From a bacterium (lineage in GTDB: Bacteria; Patescibacteriota; Minisyncoccia; UBA6257; UBA9933): a stretch of 54,979 nucleotides of DNA. Location: the NCBI GenBank assembly GCA_021796335.1, contig JAJYHZ010000003.1:1-54979 (forward strand), given 5' to 3'. Positions within the stretch are counted from its first letter, which is position 1; each line of letters opens with the position of its first letter. The position numbers and the translations under genes were made by a program. Shown here piece by piece: positions 49,716 through 54,979 of the stretch. The notes below the pieces were generated by a model that saw nothing but the letters and a program-made list of their open reading frames with translations, searched no databases and was not told where the DNA came from.

Positions 49716-49763
49716 TTTTATTTTATTATTTTAACAGCAATTTTATCTTTTCTAAAAGGTCTC

Positions 49764-49907
49764 GGGCAGGAAAACAGCTTGTTGATATAAGCGCAATTAC
49801 GCGCTTATGTAGAGCTATCCCTATGATGCGCTTCGGGCGCGCCTGAGGGTGCCCCCTATACGATTTTCTATTAAAGAAAGCGCGGAGGGTTTATTACCTA
49901 TCTGCCC
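49764..49907 (+). ncRNA. Structured RNA, candidate 6S RNA
   Basis: Ends pair (gggcag/ctgccc); rod-like core with UUCG-capped apical stem; strong terminator directly after. Confidence 0.45.
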
Positions 49908-49909
49908 CA

Positions 49910-49938
49910 AAAAAGGGCTCGCAAAGCGAGCCCTTTTT
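49910..49938 (+). terminator. Strong intrinsic terminator
   Basis: aaaaagggctcgc-aaa-gcgagcccttttt. Confidence 0.85.
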
Positions 49939-50029
49939 AATTTTTACTCACACACCAAATGTCCCGAGTGTAAGCTGCGGGGAGTACTTCACATTTTGAA
50001 ATTTTTAAAAAAATTTATACAATAAAATC

Positions 50030-50279
50030 AGCAAGGGCAAGGTGGCATATGAAAATATCCGGTACTGCTAAAGTAGTGCGGCCGCAGCCGGATGTTGGCT
50101 TGAGCGGATTACGCCCCCTTTCTAATTCCACTCAAAAGCCCGGTAATGCTCCGGGGTATGCCACCGTCATTTTAAAATAATATTTTCAGAGAGGAGGTGT
50201 ATTAAAACCAAAGATCCTCTTAATCGGAGAGCGGATATGACTCTTGGAGAAATCAAAGGGGGCTGAAAGCCCTCTTTTT
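50030..50279 (+). ncRNA. Unidentified structured transcription unit (multi-stem junction RNA and/or 43-aa ORF)
   Basis: Promoter TTGAAA-16-TACAAT (49996-50023); stems P1-P4 at 50041-50165; terminator at 50257-50279. Confidence 0.5.
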
Positions 50280-50364
50280 ATCGTATAAATTTTTATGATA
50301 TTTTTTAATAAATTTATTAAAATTTTAAAAATAAATAACAAAAATTTTAAAACAAAACAACCTT

Positions 50365-51078
50365 TTAGATTTTAATATTTTTTGTAAAACTATTTCGATG
50401 GATTTTTGAGAGTCCGTATTTTTTTAAAGCGGCAAAGTGTTTTTTAGTGCCGTATCCTTTGTGCTCGTTAAACCCATATTGCGGGAATTTTTTATGGAGC
50501 AGCGCCATTTTTTTGTCGCGATAAACTTTGGCAATAATGGAAGCCAAAGAAATTTCCGGAATTAATTCGTCGCCTTTAATTATGGTTTTGGACATAACTC
50601 TTTTATTTAAATTTTTGATTTTTTTTGAATCTAGATAAAGTTCGCCGTCAAGATAAATATTGTAAGATTGCGGGATTAGATAATCAGAAGATTCTGAATT
50701 CTGAATTTTCAATTTTTCAATCAGCCTGATCGCGGCGCGAGTGGCCGCTAGGTTGGCGGATTTGGAAATATTCGTCTTATCAATTGTTTTGGGATAGACG
50801 GATGCGATCGTGTGCGGAATCTTGTTCTTTTTTACGAAATCAGCCCATTTTTCCCGCTGTCTGGCAGTTAACCTTTTCGAGTCTCGCAGAGGAATATAAT
50901 TACCATTATCCCTTTTTTGAAAAGGGATAATGGATTTAAGATCGGCCGGAATAATGGCTGCGCAGGCAACAACGGGACCGGCTAAGGGGCCGCGGCCGAC
51001 TTCGTCTATTCCGATTATCCACGCATCAGAGTGTTTTGAGTGTAAATTAAGGAAACGCTTCGCTGTTTTTTTAGCCAT
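50365..51078 (-). CDS. rnhB: Ribonuclease HII
   Basis: GIDEVGRGPLAGPV, DSK.L, KGD, ASIIAKV.RD, HKGYGT. Confidence 0.96.
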   Translation of the reverse strand: MAKKTAKRFLNLHSKHSDAWIIGIDEVGRGPLAGPVVACAAIIPADLKSIIPFQKRDNGNYIPLRDSKRLTARQREKWADFVKKNKIPHTIASVYPKTIDKTNISKSANLAATRAAIRLIEKLKIQNSESSDYLIPQSYNIYLDGELYLDSKKIKNLNKRVMSKTIIKGDELIPEISLASIIAKVYRDKKMALLHKKFPQYGFNEHKGYGTKKHFAALKKYGLSKIHRNSFTKNIKI

Positions 51079-51142
51079 ATTCTTATTATAAAAATTTAAG
51101 CGGAATTATTGAATATTTGAGTTTTATTGCTAAAATTAACCC

Positions 51143-53302
51143 ATGGGCAGAAAGAAAAAGAAAAAGAAGAGCGGGAAAACGGAAACAAAGAACAAAAGAC
51201 AGGAATTAAAAAAAGAGAAAAATTCGGATTTTTTAAACGAACTCAGGCTTCATCCGGAAACCGTAAAAAGCATTTGGGCGGTTATTTTTTTCGGCATTGC
51301 GGTTTTGTCTTTGTTGGCTGATTTTCAAAATGCCGGACCTGTTGGAAATTTCTTTTATGCGATTTTTGGCAAATTGCTGGGTGTTTGGGGTTATTTTCTT
51401 CTGCCGCTTATTTTTTTGGTGATGGGAATCGTATTTCTGACTTCGGAACGCAAGAAAATTTATGGAATTACTTTTTTAGGCGCGGGACTTTTTATACTTT
51501 CCGGTTTGGGATTTATAAATATCGTTTTCAGCGGGAACAAGGCCGGCTGGATCGGAAATATCGTCGGATCAATTCAGAATTTATTCGGATTTTCGGCGGC
51601 TTTGGTTATTATTTCAGTTCTGATAATAATCTCGTTTTTAATAACGCTTAACTTACCTATTAAGCTTAGTTCTTCTTTTGAAAAAGAGAATGCTTCTGAA
51701 GAAGAGATCGGAATTCCGGAAGACGAAGAAACGAAAAATCCGGAAGAAAACCGGTCCGAACAGGAAGAAAGGGTGGAGGCTGAACCCGAAGAAAAAGATC
51801 TGAAAACAAAAATCGTTGAGGCGATTCCCGCACCGATTAAGCCGAGAAAAATAAAAAGCGAAAAACTGGGAGATTATGTTTTTCCGCCTTTGGATTTATT
51901 GAAATCTTCCGTGGAAAAACCAACTTCGGGAGATTTGCGAGCTAATGCCAATATAATCAAAAGAACCTTGGAAAGTTTCGGAATTATGGTGGAAATGGGC
52001 GAGATAAATATCGGTCCGAAAGTTACGCGATATACGTTAAAGCCGGCGGAAGGAGTAAAACTTTCAAGAATTACCGCGCTTTCGCAGGATTTGGCTTTGG
52101 CTTTGGCGGCTCATCCGATTAGAATCGAGGCGCCGATTCCGGGAAAATCTTTAGTAGGAATAGAAGTGCCGAATAAGGCGGCGGCGTTAGTGCGTCTGGG
52201 GAGTTTGATTCATTATCCGGAATTCGAAAGCGCGGGATTATTGGCTTTTGTTTTGGGACGGGATGTAACCGGTGAGCCGATTTTTACCGACATCCAAAAA
52301 ATGCCGCACTTGCTGGTGGCCGGAAGCACGGGTTCGGGGAAGTCTGTGACCATTCATTCGGTTATTCTTTCTTTGCTTTATAAAAATTCTCCGAAGACCT
52401 TGAAGTTGATAATGATCGATCCGAAAAAAGTAGAGCTATCAATTTACGAGAGAATTCCGCATCTGATCGCGCCGGTAGTTACAGAGGCGAAAAAATCTCT
52501 GGGGGTATTTAAATGGGCCATCAACGAGATGGAGCGAAGATATGAAATGTTTTTGAAGGCCGGGTCGCGAGACATAGTAAGCTATAACAAAAAAAATCCG
52601 GAAGACTCCTTGCCGTTTATCGTTATTGTCGTCGATGAATTGGCGGATTTAATGAGTACTTACGGCAGGGAGGTGGAGGGATCAATCGTCCGGCTTGCGC
52701 AGATGGCGCGCGCAACGGGAATCCATTTGATTCTTTCGACTCAAAGGCCTTCCGTTGAAGTTATCACTGGTTTAATAAAAGCGAACATCACTTCGAGAAT
52801 CGCTTTACAGGTGGCAAGTCAAGTGGATTCGCGAACTATCATCGACTCAAGCGGCGCTGAAAAACTTTTGGGCGGCGGCGATATGCTTTTTATTTCCTCA
52901 CAATTATCCAAGCCGAAAAGAATTCAGGGCGCCTTTGTTTCCGAAGACGAAATTTATAAAGTGGCCGATTTTATCCGTACCAAAAATCAGGGAATTATTG
53001 CCGAAGATGAAGAGGTGCCGACTTTCGACAATGGCAACGGGAAAAAAGAGAACGGGGAAAAGGCGGGAGACGTATTCGATGAATTCGCGGGAGGAGATGA
53101 CGATGATGAGTTGTTGCCGCAAGCTGTTGACGTGGTTATTCAGGCCGGAAAAGCTTCCGCTTCTTTGCTACAAAGACGGTTGAAAGTGGGTTATGCGCGG
53201 GCGGCGCGTTTGTTGGATATTATGGAAGAGCAGGGTATCATTGGTCCGGCCGATGGTGCCAAACCTCGTGAAGTATATGATACAATGGGGAAAAGGATAT
53301 AG
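51143..53302 (+). CDS. ftsK: DNA translocase FtsK/SpoIIIE
   Basis: 4TM N-terminus; PHLLVAGSTGSGKS, DELADLM, TQRPSV, gamma domain LQRRL.VGYARAAR. Confidence 0.97.
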   Translation: MGRKKKKKKSGKTETKNKRQELKKEKNSDFLNELRLHPETVKSIWAVIFFGIAVLSLLADFQNAGPVGNFFYAIFGKLLGVWGYFLLPLIFLVMGIVFLTSERKKIYGITFLGAGLFILSGLGFINIVFSGNKAGWIGNIVGSIQNLFGFSAALVIISVLIIISFLITLNLPIKLSSSFEKENASEEEIGIPEDEETKNPEENRSEQEERVEAEPEEKDLKTKIVEAIPAPIKPRKIKSEKLGDYVFPPLDLLKSSVEKPTSGDLRANANIIKRTLESFGIMVEMGEINIGPKVTRYTLKPAEGVKLSRITALSQDLALALAAHPIRIEAPIPGKSLVGIEVPNKAAALVRLGSLIHYPEFESAGLLAFVLGRDVTGEPIFTDIQKMPHLLVAGSTGSGKSVTIHSVILSLLYKNSPKTLKLIMIDPKKVELSIYERIPHLIAPVVTEAKKSLGVFKWAINEMERRYEMFLKAGSRDIVSYNKKNPEDSLPFIVIVVDELADLMSTYGREVEGSIVRLAQMARATGIHLILSTQRPSVEVITGLIKANITSRIALQVASQVDSRTIIDSSGAEKLLGGGDMLFISSQLSKPKRIQGAFVSEDEIYKVADFIRTKNQGIIAEDEEVPTFDNGNGKKENGEKAGDVFDEFAGGDDDDELLPQAVDVVIQAGKASASLLQRRLKVGYARAARLLDIMEEQGIIGPADGAKPREVYDTMGKRI

Positions 53303-53398
53303 ATTTTCACGAATAGAAACTAATGAATGCGAATTACGAATTTTAAAAATTATTCGTGATTTGTGGAAATCATTGATTAATTAGTGCAAATTAATTTT

Positions 53399-54040
53399 AT
53401 GAGAAAGGAAGAACTAATTTCAATTAAAGACATTTTAAACGAGGCTTTTGGAAGAAAGAATATCGGCTTGGAAAAATTAGCCGAACTTACGGATATTCCA
53501 GAGCGTTATTTGGCCGCGCTTTATCAGGGTGATTACTACAATTTGCCGGCGCAGCCTTACGTACACGGTTATTTAATGAAAATCGGGGAAGTTTTGGGAA
53601 TCGACGCCGACGGACTTTGGCAGATATACAAAAAAAATTTGGCGCTGAAAACTTCGGGGGGAACGGATAAATTGCCTTATAACAGGTTTGCTTTTAAAAA
53701 GATCAGCAAAAAAAAGATTGTAACGGCGGTTTTAATCCTGGCGATATTGGGATTTTTTGCGATAAATATCGGAAGATTTTTGGGAATTCCTTCCATTAAC
53801 ATAACCAGCCCGAGTTTGGACGGCACAATCGTAAACAACTCAAACATGGATTTAACGGGGAAAATAAATCCGAAAGATAAACTGACTATCAACGGTGAAG
53901 ATGTTCCGGTTGACGGCAACGGGGATTTCGATTACCAATTTTTGTTGCAGCCCGGACCGAATTCTATCGAATTCAAGGTAAAACGATTGCTGGGTAAGAC
54001 AACGACCGTAACAAGGCAGGTGATTTATCAAGCGCAATAA
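53399..54040 (+). CDS. RodZ-like HTH + TM + Ig-like protein
   Basis: T.I..RYL.AL..G....LP..PY..GYL; TM; beta-rich C-terminus; ftsK-X-recA synteny. Confidence 0.75.
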   Translation: MRKEELISIKDILNEAFGRKNIGLEKLAELTDIPERYLAALYQGDYYNLPAQPYVHGYLMKIGEVLGIDADGLWQIYKKNLALKTSGGTDKLPYNRFAFKKISKKKIVTAVLILAILGFFAINIGRFLGIPSINITSPSLDGTIVNNSNMDLTGKINPKDKLTINGEDVPVDGNGDFDYQFLLQPGPNSIEFKVKRLLGKTTTVTRQVIYQAQ

Positions 54041-54186
54041 TAAAATATGGGATTTAAAACTTAAAATTTGGGAAGAATATTTAAAATCAAAAAATAAAAT
54101 CATATAATAAACAAAACAGATTAAGACAAGGAGATATGAAATAGAGGACCCCAACTTCCTATTTCTCGGTCTTAAATCATTTAATT

Positions 54187-54979
54187 ATGGCGAAAAAAGA
54201 AACAAAAGAATCAGTAAAGGATTTAAAAAATAAGGATATTGATTCTTTGTTAGAAAGCTTGCAGGAGAAATTTGGAGAAGGATCCATAATGAAACTGGGT
54301 GAAGTGAAAAGAGTGAACGTGGATGCCATTCCTTCCGGGTCATTTTCCTTGGATTTGGCTTTGGGAGTGGGAGGATTTCCCAAGGGGAGAATTATTGAAA
54401 TATTCGGACCGGAAAGTTCCGGAAAAACCACTTTAGCGCTGCATGCGGTGGCTGAGGCGCAAAAAAAAGGAGGAAAAGCCGCTTTCATAGACGCGGAGCA
54501 CGCTATGGATCCCGATTACGCGAAAAGGCTGGGAGTAAAAATAAACGATCTTTTGATTTCCCAGCCTGATAGCGGAGAAGAGGCGTTGAATATTTTAGAG
54601 AGTTTAGTTAAGTCGGGAATTATAGATATTATAATTGTTGATTCGGTGGCGGCGCTTACTCCGCGAGCGGAAATCGAGGGAGAAATTGGCGATCAGCATA
54701 TCGGAAGGCAGGCGCGTTTAATGTCTCAGGCTCTTCGTAAAATTACATCGATAATAGATAAATCGAATTGCACGGTTATTTTTATAAATCAAATAAGAAT
54801 GAAAATAGGAATAATGTTCGGAAATCCGGAAACCACTCCCGGAGGTCTTGCCCTAAAATTTGCCGCGTCCGTAAGGCTTGATATCAGAAGAATCGCCCAA
54901 ATAAAGAAGGGAGAGGAAGTGGTCGGCAATCGAGTCAGAGTAAAGGTGGTAAAAAACAAAGTGGCGCCGCCGTTCAAAG
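54187..54979 (+). CDS. recA: Recombinase RecA (3' end outside window; not in ORF track)
   Basis: [63 protein letters not shown]. Confidence 0.98.
   Translation, partial: MAKKETKESVKDLKNKDIDSLLESLQEKFGEGSIMKLGEVKRVNVDAIPSGSFSLDLALGVGGFPKGRIIEIFGPESSGKTTLALHAVAEAQKKGGKAAFIDAEHAMDPDYAKRLGVKINDLLISQPDSGEEALNILESLVKSGIIDIIIVDSVAALTPRAEIEGEIGDQHIGRQARLMSQALRKITSIIDKSNCTVIFINQIRMKIGIMFGNPETTPGGLALKFAASVRLDIRRIAQIKKGEEVVGNRVRVKVVKNKVAPPFK

Noticed and set aside
50038-50055. T-box, lysine or SAM riboswitch
   Set aside because: Only partial GGUGG resemblance; lacks UGGNACC and other core motifs, and no same-strand downstream gene
54177-54977. Minus-strand ORFs at the window end
   Set aside because: Antisense to recA, which runs off the window

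Overview
AT-rich bacterial chromosome segment, most likely Patescibacteria/CPR (Parcubacteria-like). This is inferred from the 16S sequence, the reduced housekeeping proteins and the CPR-style type IV pilus cluster. Standard code 11 fits. Translation and housekeeping content: infA-rpmJ-rpsM-rpsK-rpsD-rpoA-rplQ, tuf-rpsJ, infC-rpmI-rplT, smpB-tmRNA, argS, pth, lepB, hisS, rpsU, rplY, prfA, rpmE, gatB, miaA, rnhB, ftsK and a partial recA. Also present: a stand-alone 16S rRNA, tRNA-Gly, a type IV pilus locus and several small accessory islets. No CRISPR array, integrase or transposase was seen. Most notable observations: (1) pervasive short palindromic and 7-10-nt-period repeats that fill spacers and appear to have entered tmRNA, 16S rRNA and protein reading frames; (2) a 1215-aa minor pilin built by nested domain insertion around a 7-repeat RCC1 propeller; (3) a 16S rRNA with no anti-Shine-Dalgarno sequence, while orphan small genes carry strong SD sites; (4) RF1 lacking its N-terminal domain and RpoA lacking alphaCTD; (5) two structured RNA candidates between miaA and rnhB; (6) an apparently start-less alternative adhesin-tip cassette at the window start. 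All calls come from reading the sequence; no searches or folding were run.
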